A stretch of 62,957 nucleotides of DNA from Bacteroidales bacterium (GCA_038212135.1 JBBQUX010000004.1:1-62957), one strand, 5' to 3'; counted from the stretch's first letter, positions 31,259 to 41,108 are shown. Translations and numbers: made by a program. The notes: generated from the sequence alone by a model not told the origin.

Positions 31259-31513
31259 ATGAAAGCTACAAATTATTCTGAGTTCAGGTCAAAACTTAAA
31301 CAGTTTCTTGATGATGTGGAAAACAATAACGAGACACTTATCATCAAACGGGGAAGTGGAAATGGCACTGTACTCGTTTCGTTAAATGAATTCAACTCAT
31401 TGATTGACACGGGACATTTGCTGCGTTCAAAAGCAAATGCCGAAAGGCTGCAGGAATCAATCCAGCAGATAAATGACAGAAATATTGTAGAACTTGACTT
31501 AAGCGAAGACTAA
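31259..31513 (+). CDS. yefM: Phd/YefM family antitoxin
   Basis: MKATNYSEFRSKLKQFLDDV, VLVSLNEFNSL, LLRSKANAERLQESI; start moved to ATG 31259; overlaps the toxin start (TAATG). Confidence 0.9.
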   Translation: MKATNYSEFRSKLKQFLDDVENNNETLIIKRGSGNGTVLVSLNEFNSLIDTGHLLRSKANAERLQESIQQINDRNIVELDLSED

Positions 31514-31773
31514 TGAAAATCCTGTTTTCACGTCATTCATGGGAAGATTATAATTCATGGCATATAAATGACAAAATGGTTCTGCTAAAGATAAATCGTC
31601 TCATTGCAGAAATTCAACTTGAGCCTGATCAGGGATCAGGGAGACATGTATACCTCAAATTTGATCTCAATGGATTATGTTCGCGGCGTATTGAACGGGA
31701 GCACCGGTTAGTATACAAGGTTATTAATGATGAACTGCTCATTTACAGTTGCAGATATCATTATGATAAATAG
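31513..31773 (+). CDS. yoeB: Txe/YoeB family toxin (possibly catalytically degenerate)
   Basis: WEDY, KINRLI, SRRIxxEHRLVY, SCRYHY. Confidence 0.9.
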   Translation: MKILFSRHSWEDYNSWHINDKMVLLKINRLIAEIQLEPDQGSGRHVYLKFDLNGLCSRRIEREHRLVYKVINDELLIYSCRYHYDK

Positions 31774-31842
31774 AAGAGCCGAAAATTGGTTATTGTCCGA
31801 TATCGACTTCCAACTACACCTTTCCTGAAAAGTCTGAAAAAC

Positions 31843-31877
31843 AAAAGCCGGACTACAGAATTTGAAGTCCGGCTTTT
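31843..31877. terminator. Bidirectional terminator between convergent genes
   Basis: AAAAGCCGGACT/AGTCCGGCTTTT. Confidence 0.75.
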
Positions 31878-31903
31878 GTAGAAAAAACCGATAGCTATCC
31901 CAC

Positions 31904-32341
31904 TTATTTATAGATAACTTCCCTCATCAATTTGGTGCCATACATTGTTCGCATATTTACACGACTATCCCTTAGTTTCTTTTGGTCGCCCTCATTACCA
32001 ACAACTTTAGCCTGAATAGCATCCCACTTTGCTTCGTTGCCTTCCATACTGCCAAGGCTTTTATATTCAACCATCAGCATGATCTGCCAATCGTCGGGGT
32101 TAGATGCGGTTCCTTCTAAAATCTTATAGGATAAAATTAATCCCTGCTTCACTGCTTCATCCTGAACCGCCTTCCAGGAAGTCTTCAGGCTGTTAATATA
32201 ATCACGACCCATACCATTTTTAACCTGAATAAAAGATACTGTCCAGGCAGATCCGTCTTTGTATGTACGTTCCTGAGCAAAACTGTTTACACTAAATGCA
32301 ATAACAAGCACAACAATAAATAGGGTAATTTTTGTTTTCAT
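31904..32341 (-). CDS. Exported hypothetical protein (possible dimeric alpha/beta-barrel fold)
   Basis: Signal peptide SFA-Q; 145 aa; fold is only a guess from the pattern. Confidence 0.7.
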   Translation of the reverse strand: MKTKITLFIVVLVIAFSVNSFAQERTYKDGSAWTVSFIQVKNGMGRDYINSLKTSWKAVQDEAVKQGLILSYKILEGTASNPDDWQIMLMVEYKSLGSMEGNEAKWDAIQAKVVGNEGDQKKLRDSRVNMRTMYGTKLMREVIYK

Positions 32342-32462
32342 GATTTTCTGGTTTTTGGTTAGTAAGATTTGAATTGGAAATTGTTTATATCAAATGAATT
32401 ATAAAATAGTTTAAAAAGATTCTAAATAGCGAAGTACTAGGCAGGTTAACCTATTGTATTAA

Positions 32463-32663
32463 AACAAAAACGCAGCAAGCAAAAGCCCACTGTGCTTTAA
32501 TTCAAACAAAATATTTTTTTAAAACGGCCAGAACTGGTTATTCAAACCAAATGCTTTCATTCAGTGCTTCGTTCAGATCATATAAGATTTTATGATGTCC
32601 GATTTCCCAATCGGAAAGCCATATATACATCTCTTTTTCATTTGGATCGGTTGCTTCCTCGGA
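32463..32663 (-). pseudogene. Decayed duplicate of the 3' end and terminator of the rubrerythrin-like gene
   Basis: 32519-32663 closely matches 33040-33183 (SEEATDPNEKEMY...GHHKILYDLNEAL...NQFWPF) with a 1-nt insertion; degenerate terminator at 32463-32498. Confidence 0.85.
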
Positions 32664-32883
32664 TATTTTCCGACTTCTTGATTTCTTCGACTCGTATGGA
32701 CAATTAGTGAAAGTTAAAAGCAACATTCAAATCTGCCGTGATTTAAAAGATAATTTTCTCTTATCCCTATCAAAAGATAGTAAAGCTGATTATCTGATAA
32801 CAGGCGATAATGATTTATAAGACCTTAAAAAGTTTGGCAAAACAAATATCCTGACAATTACTGAATTTGAATCATTAATATAG
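32662..32883 (+). pseudogene. C-terminal remnant of a PIN-domain toxin (PIN_3 type)
   Basis: Translates ...ICRDLKDNFLLSLSKDSKADYLITGDNDL*DLKKFGKTNILTITEF; 5' part missing, internal TAA. Confidence 0.8.
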
Positions 32884-32981
32884 CATCAATCTGATTCGTC
32901 TTTTCAGTGTTGTCCTTAGTACCCGGATGGTACTCGTCTCCTGTCCCGAAACGGTAAAGAATCCCTGATTTTAACTCACGC

Positions 32982-33017
32982 AAAAAGCGCAGTCAGCTTT
33001 CGACCCACTGCGCTTTT
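32982..33017 (-). terminator. Terminator of the rubrerythrin-like gene
   Basis: AAAAGCGCAGT/ACTGCGCTTTT stem. Confidence 0.75.
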
Positions 33018-33039
33018 AAATATTAAAGTCATAAGGCTA

Positions 33040-33543
33040 TTAAAACGGCCAGAACTGGTTATCGTACCATATACTTTCTTTAAGTGCTTCGTTCAGATCA
33101 TATAAGATTTTATGATGTCCGCTTTCCCATTCCGCAAGCCAGCGGTACATCTCTTTTTCATTTGGATCGGTTGCTTCCTCGGAGCGTTTCGAGTATAGGT
33201 CAACGGCGCGGGTTTCAAAATCCATAGCAGCCGAAATAGCAGCCGCTTCGAAACTGGCTGCTGAAATTTCCCTGATAAGCTGTGGATTCATGATTTCGTG
33301 CGAGATATCCTCTGGTTCGGCATAGGAAGTATCTGGTTTACTGAATTTCCCTTCCTTTACATAATTTGCAAACTGAACCGAAAGAAACTCAACATGCGCT
33401 TTTTCTTCCTCAGCCATGGTTGTAAAAATTTTCCTTGCTTCGGGGCTGTCGGTTTGTTCAGCCATTTTCTCGTAGAAAGCTTTTCCGCGCTTTTCCAACA
33501 GGATCGCGGTCTTCAGGATTTCCAATGCTTTTGTATTTTCCAT
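33040..33543 (-). CDS. Rubrerythrin/ferritin-like di-iron protein
   Basis: AILLEKRGKAFY...MAEEEKAH and AMDFETRAVDLY...LAEWESGH (two E...ExxH half-sites); start moved to MENTK at 33543. Confidence 0.85.
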   Translation of the reverse strand: MENTKALEILKTAILLEKRGKAFYEKMAEQTDSPEARKIFTTMAEEEKAHVEFLSVQFANYVKEGKFSKPDTSYAEPEDISHEIMNPQLIREISAASFEAAAISAAMDFETRAVDLYSKRSEEATDPNEKEMYRWLAEWESGHHKILYDLNEALKESIWYDNQFWPF

Positions 33544-33672
33544 AATGGTATTTGTATAAATGTCGTCGCTGTGATTGTGCAAATATACCATGTTTAACAA
33601 TTAAATGACTTTCTTGTTAAAGATTATTGACTTTATTCCGGACTAAAAACCATAAATTTGCATTATAGCTGA

Positions 33673-35136
33673 ATGTTAAAACCCTTATTAGGAATTCTTG
33701 TGTTAAATACTGACCAAACTGATATACTTCAGGGCCTTTTTGAAAAATGGGCCGGGGAACAGGGAATAGAAATCCTGCCTATTCCCCAGGCTGGCTCATA
33801 CAGGCAATATTACAGGCTAACCGGTCAAATGAAACAGGCCATTGGTGTGTATAGCCCTGATAAAAAAGAAACCCGCGCTTTTGTTGAATTCACCAACCAT
33901 TTCAGGCAACTCGGATTACGTGTTCCGGCAATATATTCTTCTGATCTGGCAAACGACTGTTATCTTGTAAGCGATCTGGGTGATGTATCGTTGCTTGACC
34001 ACCTTGAGAAGAACAGGAATGGCGGAATTCCTGCTGAAGAAACGTATAATTATTATAAACAGGCAATTGCTGAATTGCCACGTTTCCAGGTAGATGCATG
34101 CAAAGATCTTAATTTTTCAGCGTGTTATCCTTCAGGTGTATTTGATGGGAGATCGATGCGATGGGATCTGAATTACTTTAAATACTACTTTCTCCGGCTT
34201 TTGAAAATTCAGTTTAATGAAGCTGCATTGGAAGATGATTTTGACAGGTTGATTGTTTATCTCCTTCAAAGTGGTAATCAGTATTTTATGTATCGCGATT
34301 TTCAGGCCCGTAATATAATGATCTACGAAGGGAAACCATGGTTTATTGACTACCAGGGAGGGCGGAAAGGCCCGTTGCAATACGATCTGGCATCACTGCT
34401 CTTCCAGGTAAAAGCTTCATTGCCTTATGCTTTCAGGGAAGAAATGTTACAATGGTATCTCGAAAATCTTAAAATATATATCAGCATTGACGAAAAGAAA
34501 TTTGTAGACGATTACTACGGATTTGTACTTATACGGCTGCTCCAGGTAATGGGAGCTTACGGATTCAGGGGATATTTTGAGCGCAGAGCACACTTTCTGC
34601 AAAGTATTCCTTATGCCATTGAAAATTTGCGCTGGCTGATTTCAAATGTAAAGTTTAGGGTTGAGATGCCTGAACTGATGAAAACACTTGAAGAAATTGC
34701 CAAAACCGAAATCACATTACCTGCTTCACCCGAAGTTGGTGTACTAAATGTTCGGGTGAATAGTTTTTCATTTAAAAATGGCTCTCCACCTGATTACTCC
34801 GGCAACGGAGGTGGTTTTGTTTTTGATTGTCGTGCTTTACCTAATCCCGGCCGATACGATCACTATAAAAAGTTTACCGGCCTTGATGAGCCTGTAATTC
34901 AATACCTTGACAGGGAACCTGTGGTTGTAAAATTTTTGCAGAATGTGTATAAAATTGTCGACCAAAGTATATTGGAATACCAGCGAAGGGGATTCAGTCA
35001 TTTGCAGGTTAATTTCGGTTGTACCGGAGGGCAGCACCGTTCGGTTTTTTGTGCTTCTCGCCTGGCGGCTTATCTGGAAGAGAACTATTCAGTAAAAGTG
35101 ACGGTTTTTCACCAGGAAATGAAGAAGTTTATTTAA
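33673..35136 (+). CDS. AmgK-like (APH) phosphotransferase fused to a RapZ C-terminal domain
   Basis: AGSYRQYYR, YRDFQARNIM, IDYQG, YDLASLL; then SFSFK, FVFDCRALPNP, FGCTGGQHRSV. Confidence 0.85.
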   Translation: MLKPLLGILVLNTDQTDILQGLFEKWAGEQGIEILPIPQAGSYRQYYRLTGQMKQAIGVYSPDKKETRAFVEFTNHFRQLGLRVPAIYSSDLANDCYLVSDLGDVSLLDHLEKNRNGGIPAEETYNYYKQAIAELPRFQVDACKDLNFSACYPSGVFDGRSMRWDLNYFKYYFLRLLKIQFNEAALEDDFDRLIVYLLQSGNQYFMYRDFQARNIMIYEGKPWFIDYQGGRKGPLQYDLASLLFQVKASLPYAFREEMLQWYLENLKIYISIDEKKFVDDYYGFVLIRLLQVMGAYGFRGYFERRAHFLQSIPYAIENLRWLISNVKFRVEMPELMKTLEEIAKTEITLPASPEVGVLNVRVNSFSFKNGSPPDYSGNGGGFVFDCRALPNPGRYDHYKKFTGLDEPVIQYLDREPVVVKFLQNVYKIVDQSILEYQRRGFSHLQVNFGCTGGQHRSVFCASRLAAYLEENYSVKVTVFHQEMKKFI

Positions 35137-35217
35137 ATAAGCTTATCCGTTATGATTGAACTTCATACCATTCATTATGCTTTATCACCTGTAAATAGTT
35201 ACAAATAAAGGGAAAGT

Positions 35218-35352
35218 ATGTCAAAAACAATGTGTGAAACCAAGGATGCAGACAAAAGAGCTAAAAAACAAGCCGATCCGAAGTTTGAGTGTAAAAAATG
35301 CGGTAAAAAAGTGAATAAGGAAAAGTACGTTTGTAAACCTGAAAAATTATAG
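35218..35352 (+). CDS. Small 44-aa basic Cys-rich protein (not in the ORF track)
   Basis: MSKTMCETKDADKRAKKQADPKFECKKCGKKVNKEKYVCKPEKL*; four Cys (C...CxxC...C); abuts the next gene. Confidence 0.7.
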   Translation: MSKTMCETKDADKRAKKQADPKFECKKCGKKVNKEKYVCKPEKL

Positions 35353-35724
35353 TTGATTTTGGAATCGTTTGATATTGCGCTTTATAAGACTAAAACGGAA
35401 GTTATTCGCCAGACTGTTGAGCAGATCATAAAGGATTTTACGATGTTCGCAATGGATATAGAATTTACCGGGAATACCGGTATGGCTTATGAAGAGATGT
35501 TTTTTCAGCTTGCCACACATGTGTCGCGATTACTCGAAATTGATCCTCACAGACTTTCGGCATTATTATACCAGGTTGATTTGGGCGAAAATGAAATTAT
35601 CGAATCCAGCACTTTGCATCCGGAATGGTCCTTGCCGGAAGTAATTACTGAACTCATCATTCACAGGGAATTGAAAAAAGTACTGATTCGTAATTATTAC
35701 AAAAACAATCCCGATAAATTATGA
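35353..35724 (+). CDS. Hypothetical protein
   Basis: 123 aa; LLYQVDL.E and RELKKV motifs; overlaps the next gene (ATGA). Confidence 0.7.
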   Translation: MILESFDIALYKTKTEVIRQTVEQIIKDFTMFAMDIEFTGNTGMAYEEMFFQLATHVSRLLEIDPHRLSALLYQVDLGENEIIESSTLHPEWSLPEVITELIIHRELKKVLIRNYYKNNPDKL

Positions 35725-36458
35725 AGGCTATGATATTTGCCGCTGGTTTGGGTACAAGGTTAAAGCCTTTTACCGATACTATGCCCAAAGCCCTTGTGCC
35801 GGTTGCCGGAGTTCCTATGCTCGAAATTCTGATAAAGCATCTTCAGAAGCATGGGATCAAGGATATGATTATTAATGGGCATCATTTTGCTGAACAGGTG
35901 ATTGAATTCCTTAAGAAGAACAATAATTTTGGCGCAAACATTGCTGTTTCGGATGAATCTGACTTGCTGCTCGATACCGGTGGCGGTCTGAAAAAGGCAG
36001 CCTGGTTTTTTAGTGATAATAAACCATTCCTGGTTCACAATGTGGATGTAATCAGTGATCTGAACTATCAGTATATGCTTGATACACATCTGGATAGCGG
36101 ATCATTCGCTACACTGGCAGTAAGCAATCGGAAAACATCAAGATATTTCCTTTTTGACAATAAGCTTCAGCTTTCTGGCTGGGAGAACAACAAAACCGGT
36201 GAAGTGAAAATTGTTAGACCAAATGTTCAAAAACTGAATCGATTTGCTTTCAGTGGCATTCATATTATAAATCCTGAGATTTTTACGTTCATGAGTCAGA
36301 AAGATAAATTTTCTATTGTTGATACCTACCTCGAACTAGCTTCGACCCATAAAATATCAGGTTTTGCGCACAATCCTGAAAATTGGGTAGATATGGGAAA
36401 ACCGGAGGAACTGATCAAAGCTAAATCAATACTTGATAGAATAAAAAGTTTGCAATAG
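35721..36458 (+). CDS. Nucleotidyltransferase (MurU-like)
   Basis: MKAMIFAAGLGTRLKP, PKALV, LLDTGGGL, HNVD, FSGIH, WVDMGKPE. Confidence 0.9.
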   Translation: MKAMIFAAGLGTRLKPFTDTMPKALVPVAGVPMLEILIKHLQKHGIKDMIINGHHFAEQVIEFLKKNNNFGANIAVSDESDLLLDTGGGLKKAAWFFSDNKPFLVHNVDVISDLNYQYMLDTHLDSGSFATLAVSNRKTSRYFLFDNKLQLSGWENNKTGEVKIVRPNVQKLNRFAFSGIHIINPEIFTFMSQKDKFSIVDTYLELASTHKISGFAHNPENWVDMGKPEELIKAKSILDRIKSLQ

Positions 36459-36490
36459 TTCATATTGCTTACAATACCTGATTTTCTCGT

Positions 36491-36533
36491 CACCACCCGC
36501 TCTCCTCAAAGGAGAGGGGGCTGGGGGTGAGGT
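36491..36533. repeat. REP-like GC-rich palindrome
   Basis: CGCTCTCCT-CAA-AGGAGAGGGGGCTGGGGGTGAGG; single copy in the window. Confidence 0.5.
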
Positions 36534-36546
36534 TAAACAAACCCTT

Positions 36547-39435
36547 ATGCAACCCTTTCTCGATAAACTTGCGAAACACCTTCTCGATTCACATGGAGAA
36601 AACTTCAGCCGCATTTGCCTGGTATTCCCAAGCAGGAGGGCAGGTCTGTTCTTTAAGCAATATGTTTCACGGTTCATCGATAAGCCCATCTGGCTCCCTG
36701 ATATTTATGCACTCGAGGATTTTGTAGCTCATAAATCGGGCCTCACTCTAAGTGATCCTCTTGATCTGATTTCCCGCCTTTATAAAGTATATAAGTCGAT
36801 TGAAAAGGAAAAGGCTCAGCCTTTTTCCGAATTTATTTCATGGGGAAATATGTTGCTTGGCGATTTTGATGAAATTGATCAATACCTGGCCGATGGAGAA
36901 AAGGTTTTTCAATACCTGGATGAGATCAAAGCTATGAAACACTGGAATCCGGATGGAAAGCTGCTTACTTCTTTTGAACTGAATTATCTGCGGTTTTATA
37001 ATTCTCTTGCGCCAACATATACAAGGTTTCGTGAAGAATTGCTTATTAACAATGAAGCCTATTTCGGACTTGCTTTTGATACTCTTCTTAATGATATTGA
37101 ACATAAGTCATTTCAAGAATGGGATAGTGTTGTATTTGCAGGGTTTAATGCACTAACAGCAGCTGAAGAGAAGCTCTTTAAATACCTGATCGGGGTTAGG
37201 AAAGCTCAAATTTATTGGGATGCTGATGATTATTATCTTTTGGATCCACGCCAGGAGGCAGGCCGTTTTTTAAGGGAATATGTACATAAAAATACATTTG
37301 GACCCTTAAACTGGATTGGAAATTCGTTAAGGGAGGGTGAAAAATCAATTCATGTGATAGGCGTTCCCGGGAATGTTGGACAGGCAAAGCTTGCAGGTGG
37401 TTTACTTCGCGATGCAATCAGTAATAAAGGTACAGCTGATGGTGTAGCCCTGGTACTGGTTGATGAAGGCTTACTCTTGCCTGTTCTGAATTCTATCCCA
37501 CCCGAAACCGGAGATTTTAATGTAACTATGGGTTTCCCGCTCAAACAAACACCGGTGTTTTCATTAATTAACATTGTGATTTCCATGTTTGTAAATGCAA
37601 AACGCTTTGCTCAGCCTAAGGCAGATTCACAAGAGGGAGATTACCCGGTACTGAGGTTTTATTACAAAGATATTCAGCGATTTTTATCTCATCCTTTTAT
37701 TATTTCTGTGGAATCAGATTCAGATCGCATATCCGGAAAACAAGGGAAAACGGAAATTTCCCGATCATTTTATAATCCGGCTGATTTACTTGCCTTGATA
37801 CATGGTTTCAATAAGTCACTCTCCGAAGTTTTTAATTCCTCTCTCAAGAAAAAACAAATTGAACCAGCAGATGTATTGCAACTGCTTAAGGACATAATTT
37901 CGTTTTTACGTGATTCAATTTCTGATGTAAAATCGAATGCAAGTGCAAATAAAGTTCAAAGTCAATCCCTTGAATCCGAATATCTTTATCATGCGGCCCA
38001 ATTGTGTTTCAAACTTGAAGAAATTGCCAATGATCCCGAATTAAAGCCGGATATTGAAACAGTTCAGTCACTGGTAAGCAATCTTATTGCGGGCATGCGT
38101 CTCCCGTTTTACGGAGAGCCACTCAATGGTTTGCAGGTTATGGGAATGCTCGAAACCAGGTTACTGGATTTTACAGATATTATCATGGTCTCAGTAAATG
38201 AAGGCTTATTGCCTCGTGGCAAACACCAGACGACATTTATCCCAGATGAAGTTCGTACACATTTCGGTATGCAACGTTATACTGAGCGAACGGCAGTTTT
38301 TGCATACCATTTTTACCGTCTTTTGCAAAGGGTCGAAAATGCCTGGCTTATTTACAATACTGAAGGTGACGAACTTGGTGGAGGTGAAAAAAGCCGGTTT
38401 ATCAGCCAGTTGTTGTACGAATTGCCTTCGAAAAATGCCAGGTTAACAGTTTCGGAGCAAACCCTTTCTGTTGTTCCCGGGAGTACGGGGGTAGGTGAAA
38501 TTGCTATTGAAAAAACACAGGAAATTTTAGCTCGCTTGCGACAATTAGCCGAAAGAGGACTATCTCCAACAGCTCTCGCTATGTATATGAAGTGCAAACT
38601 CCAGTTTTACTTTTCACAGGTATTAAGGATTAGTGAACCCGACCAGATTTCTGAAACAATTGATGCTGCTACCCTTGGTGAAATTGTTCATGATGCTTTG
38701 CAAAGAACATATGAAGCCAGAAAAACTGCTCCTATTACACCAGCTATACTGTTTGACATGCTACCGGAAGCGATTTTACAGGTAAAGGCTGCTTTTGCAG
38801 CAAAATATAATTCACTGGAACTCGCTACCGGAAAGAACCTTCTTATTGTGAAAGTAGCTGAAAATATGGTGAAACGCTTTCTTTTAGCCGAAAGGAAATA
38901 TCTTGAGCAAATGGGAGGAAACATTGAAATACTCATTCTTGAAGAAGAACTTGTATCATCGGTTGAGACAGCAGATCCATTTAGTGGTGAGGTTTATAAA
39001 GTGAAACTTCATGGTAAAGCTGACAGGATCGACAGGGTAGGAGGGGTAACCCGAATTATCGATTACAAAACCGGAAAAGTTGAAATAAAAGACCTGAAAC
39101 TGGATGAAATTCAAAAGTTTCGTGAGAAAGATGATTCAGGAAAACTGCTGCAGGTGCTTGCCTATGCACTTATGTACACAGATATGCATAAAGATGAGCA
39201 CATGGAGCTGATATCAGGTATAATATCATTGCGTAAGACTTCTGCCTATCTGATAAAAACTGAAATTAATAAAACCGATAGGATAGATTTGGAATTGCTA
39301 AATGCTTTCAGAAGAGAGCTTGAAGCAATCATTGGCAGCATTTATAATACTTCGGAATCATTCAACCAGACTGAAAATCTGGAAACCTGCAACCTCTGTG
39401 CATTTAAAGCTATTTGTAACCGTACTGTAAATTAG
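36547..39435 (+). CDS. AddB/RexB-like PD-(D/E)XK nuclease (inactive helicase-like N-terminus)
   Basis: VFPSRRAG, GLQVMGMLETR, SPT...C..QFYF, GKADRID, IIDYKTG, Q...YA, C-terminal CxxCxxxxxC. Confidence 0.88.
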   Translation: MQPFLDKLAKHLLDSHGENFSRICLVFPSRRAGLFFKQYVSRFIDKPIWLPDIYALEDFVAHKSGLTLSDPLDLISRLYKVYKSIEKEKAQPFSEFISWGNMLLGDFDEIDQYLADGEKVFQYLDEIKAMKHWNPDGKLLTSFELNYLRFYNSLAPTYTRFREELLINNEAYFGLAFDTLLNDIEHKSFQEWDSVVFAGFNALTAAEEKLFKYLIGVRKAQIYWDADDYYLLDPRQEAGRFLREYVHKNTFGPLNWIGNSLREGEKSIHVIGVPGNVGQAKLAGGLLRDAISNKGTADGVALVLVDEGLLLPVLNSIPPETGDFNVTMGFPLKQTPVFSLINIVISMFVNAKRFAQPKADSQEGDYPVLRFYYKDIQRFLSHPFIISVESDSDRISGKQGKTEISRSFYNPADLLALIHGFNKSLSEVFNSSLKKKQIEPADVLQLLKDIISFLRDSISDVKSNASANKVQSQSLESEYLYHAAQLCFKLEEIANDPELKPDIETVQSLVSNLIAGMRLPFYGEPLNGLQVMGMLETRLLDFTDIIMVSVNEGLLPRGKHQTTFIPDEVRTHFGMQRYTERTAVFAYHFYRLLQRVENAWLIYNTEGDELGGGEKSRFISQLLYELPSKNARLTVSEQTLSVVPGSTGVGEIAIEKTQEILARLRQLAERGLSPTALAMYMKCKLQFYFSQVLRISEPDQISETIDAATLGEIVHDALQRTYEARKTAPITPAILFDMLPEAILQVKAAFAAKYNSLELATGKNLLIVKVAENMVKRFLLAERKYLEQMGGNIEILILEEELVSSVETADPFSGEVYKVKLHGKADRIDRVGGVTRIIDYKTGKVEIKDLKLDEIQKFREKDDSGKLLQVLAYALMYTDMHKDEHMELISGIISLRKTSAYLIKTEINKTDRIDLELLNAFRRELEAIIGSIYNTSESFNQTENLETCNLCAFKAICNRTVN

Positions 39436-39545
39436 CCTATTGAAGCAATTGTTGTAAATGAAATAAAAAATTTCAAAAAAAATACTCCGGAATATTTTGG
39501 AGTCTGATAAAAAGTGTTACTTTTGCAGTCCCAATAACTATACTT

Positions 39546-39619
39546 GGTTCGGTAGTTCAGTTGGTTAGAATACGTGCCTGTCACGCATGTGGTCGCGGGT
39601 TCGAGTCCCGTCCGGACCG
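39546..39619 (+). tRNA. tRNA-Asp(GTC)
   Basis: Acceptor GGTTCGG/CCGGACC, D-arm GTTCAGTTGGTTAGAAT, anticodon loop CT-GTC-AC, T-arm GGTTCGAGTCCC; CCA not encoded; TACTTTTG promoter at 39518. Confidence 0.96.
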
Positions 39620-39634
39620 CTTAAACACAAAAAT

Positions 39635-39666
39635 AAAGCCTGTAAATAATTCATTTACAGGCTTTT
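39635..39666 (+). terminator. Terminator-like hairpin after tRNA-Asp
   Basis: AAAGCCTGTAAAT/ATTTACAGGCTTT. Confidence 0.7.
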
Positions 39667-39881
39667 GTGTTTTTAGTAAAATAGGTTATACAACCGGGGT
39701 ACAACATTTGAAAAATTTACTTTTTATCATTAGTCTACAACTTCTAATCCTGATCCAATTGCTTGCTGCTGTGGGGCAGTGGAAGGCATGAAATGAACGG
39801 AGCGAAATGAAGATTGTAATGAAATTAGTGAATGAATGGCCTGCAATTGCTTGTGTGGATGTTATTTTGGGAGAAAGCGGC

Positions 39882-40187
39882 TTATTTCAATCCTTTTGTC
39901 AGATAATTCAAGATTAATTTTTTCTCCTGAAGTTTTAGATTTGATTTCTGTTCCATATCATCGAGCCAAAAAGGCCATTGATCTGTACTATACTTCTCTG
40001 GTAAAAATAAAGTATGGCAACTGCCGCATTTGCTTATGTACAGCTTTCTTCCAGCTTGTAAATCGAGCATATTAGAACCTGGTACTATATTATTCTGATC
40101 AGGGATATACAATGCCGATGAACATGCAACTGTTATCGAAATGATGGCACCTATAAACATGCTGCTTTTTATCTTCTTAGAAAACAT
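39882..40187 (-). CDS. Small monoheme c-type cytochrome lipoprotein
   Basis: Lipobox TVAC, GRKLY..KCGSCH, distal Met in W...M; start moved to ATG 40187. Confidence 0.8.
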   Translation of the reverse strand: MFSKKIKSSMFIGAIISITVACSSALYIPDQNNIVPGSNMLDLQAGRKLYISKCGSCHTLFLPEKYSTDQWPFWLDDMEQKSNLKLQEKKLILNYLTKGLK

Positions 40188-40995
40188 AGGAGAATAATAA
40201 TCTGATTTGGATTTTTTCAAATTCGTTAAGATTCAAATTGCTTGAAGTTTCACCTTTAAAAGAGACTACTTGTGGCAATACTGTAAAGTTTATCCAGAAA
40301 TTCTCCTGAACGCAGGCAATGCCAAGTCCTGAATAGAGTGCACTATGATTGAGGATGCCTTCTTCAAAGACATTTTTAAATGCATTTTCCATCGTAATAT
40401 GAAATTTAGGGCTGAATGAATATCCCAGGGCAAGGTAATACTCGTTTTTGGTTTCTTTTTCCCATTCTGTTTCATTGTTTTCGATGCCGGGTTTCAGTTC
40501 AAGTTCATACACTGCATTTCCGGCAAGGGTAAAATCCCTGATTTTTTTATCAACGATAAGTTTACCTTCCAATTCATATTCGCTGCTCCCAATTCCATAT
40601 TCACCGTACAATGCCAAGCCTACCGGATTAGCCACGGGATCGAGCAGTTTTAATTTCCATTCGTTCGAAAAACTTATCTCATGTTCTGTTTCTAATAATT
40701 TGGCTGAATTTGATTTAACTGTTTTTGTTATAGAGGTCAGATTCAGATAAAACGCGGTTTGCAGATTTTTGCCCATTCCAATTTCAAATTCTGATCGATT
40801 ATCAAGACGCGTATAATAATCTTCTCTCCCGGTACGCAGTGTATTCCAAATTTCCAATTCCCGCTGTCCTTTATTTAATACGGTACTTTGATAGGTGTAA
40901 GTAAATAGCCTGTCCTGAGCGAATGAGAAGACTGACAATACAAGGAGCAATCCTGTGAGACAGATTTGTCTGCTCGAAATAATTTTTAGTTTCAT
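40177..40995 (-). CDS. Putative outer-membrane beta-barrel (DUF6662-like)
   Basis: Signal peptide, RLFTYTYQS..L..G..ELE, SNEWK...DP, ELEGKLIVDK, C-terminal Phe. Confidence 0.7.
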   Translation of the reverse strand: MKLKIISSRQICLTGLLLVLSVFSFAQDRLFTYTYQSTVLNKGQRELEIWNTLRTGREDYYTRLDNRSEFEIGMGKNLQTAFYLNLTSITKTVKSNSAKLLETEHEISFSNEWKLKLLDPVANPVGLALYGEYGIGSSEYELEGKLIVDKKIRDFTLAGNAVYELELKPGIENNETEWEKETKNEYYLALGYSFSPKFHITMENAFKNVFEEGILNHSALYSGLGIACVQENFWINFTVLPQVVSFKGETSSNLNLNEFEKIQIRLLFSYVF

Positions 40996-41108
40996 CTTAA
41001 GGTTAATTAAAGTTTAACATTTGAGATGACAAAACTACTCTCACATAAAATATCAAACAATCCCTATTAGTAGGGATATTTAAAACGAATCTAAACAGGA
41101 GTTAAATA

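Noticed and set aside
32538-32726. 62-aa ORF resembling rubrerythrin
   Set aside because: Chimera of antisense PIN remnant and the duplicated gene end.
39561-39791. 76-aa ORF
   Set aside because: Overlaps tRNA-Asp and its terminator.
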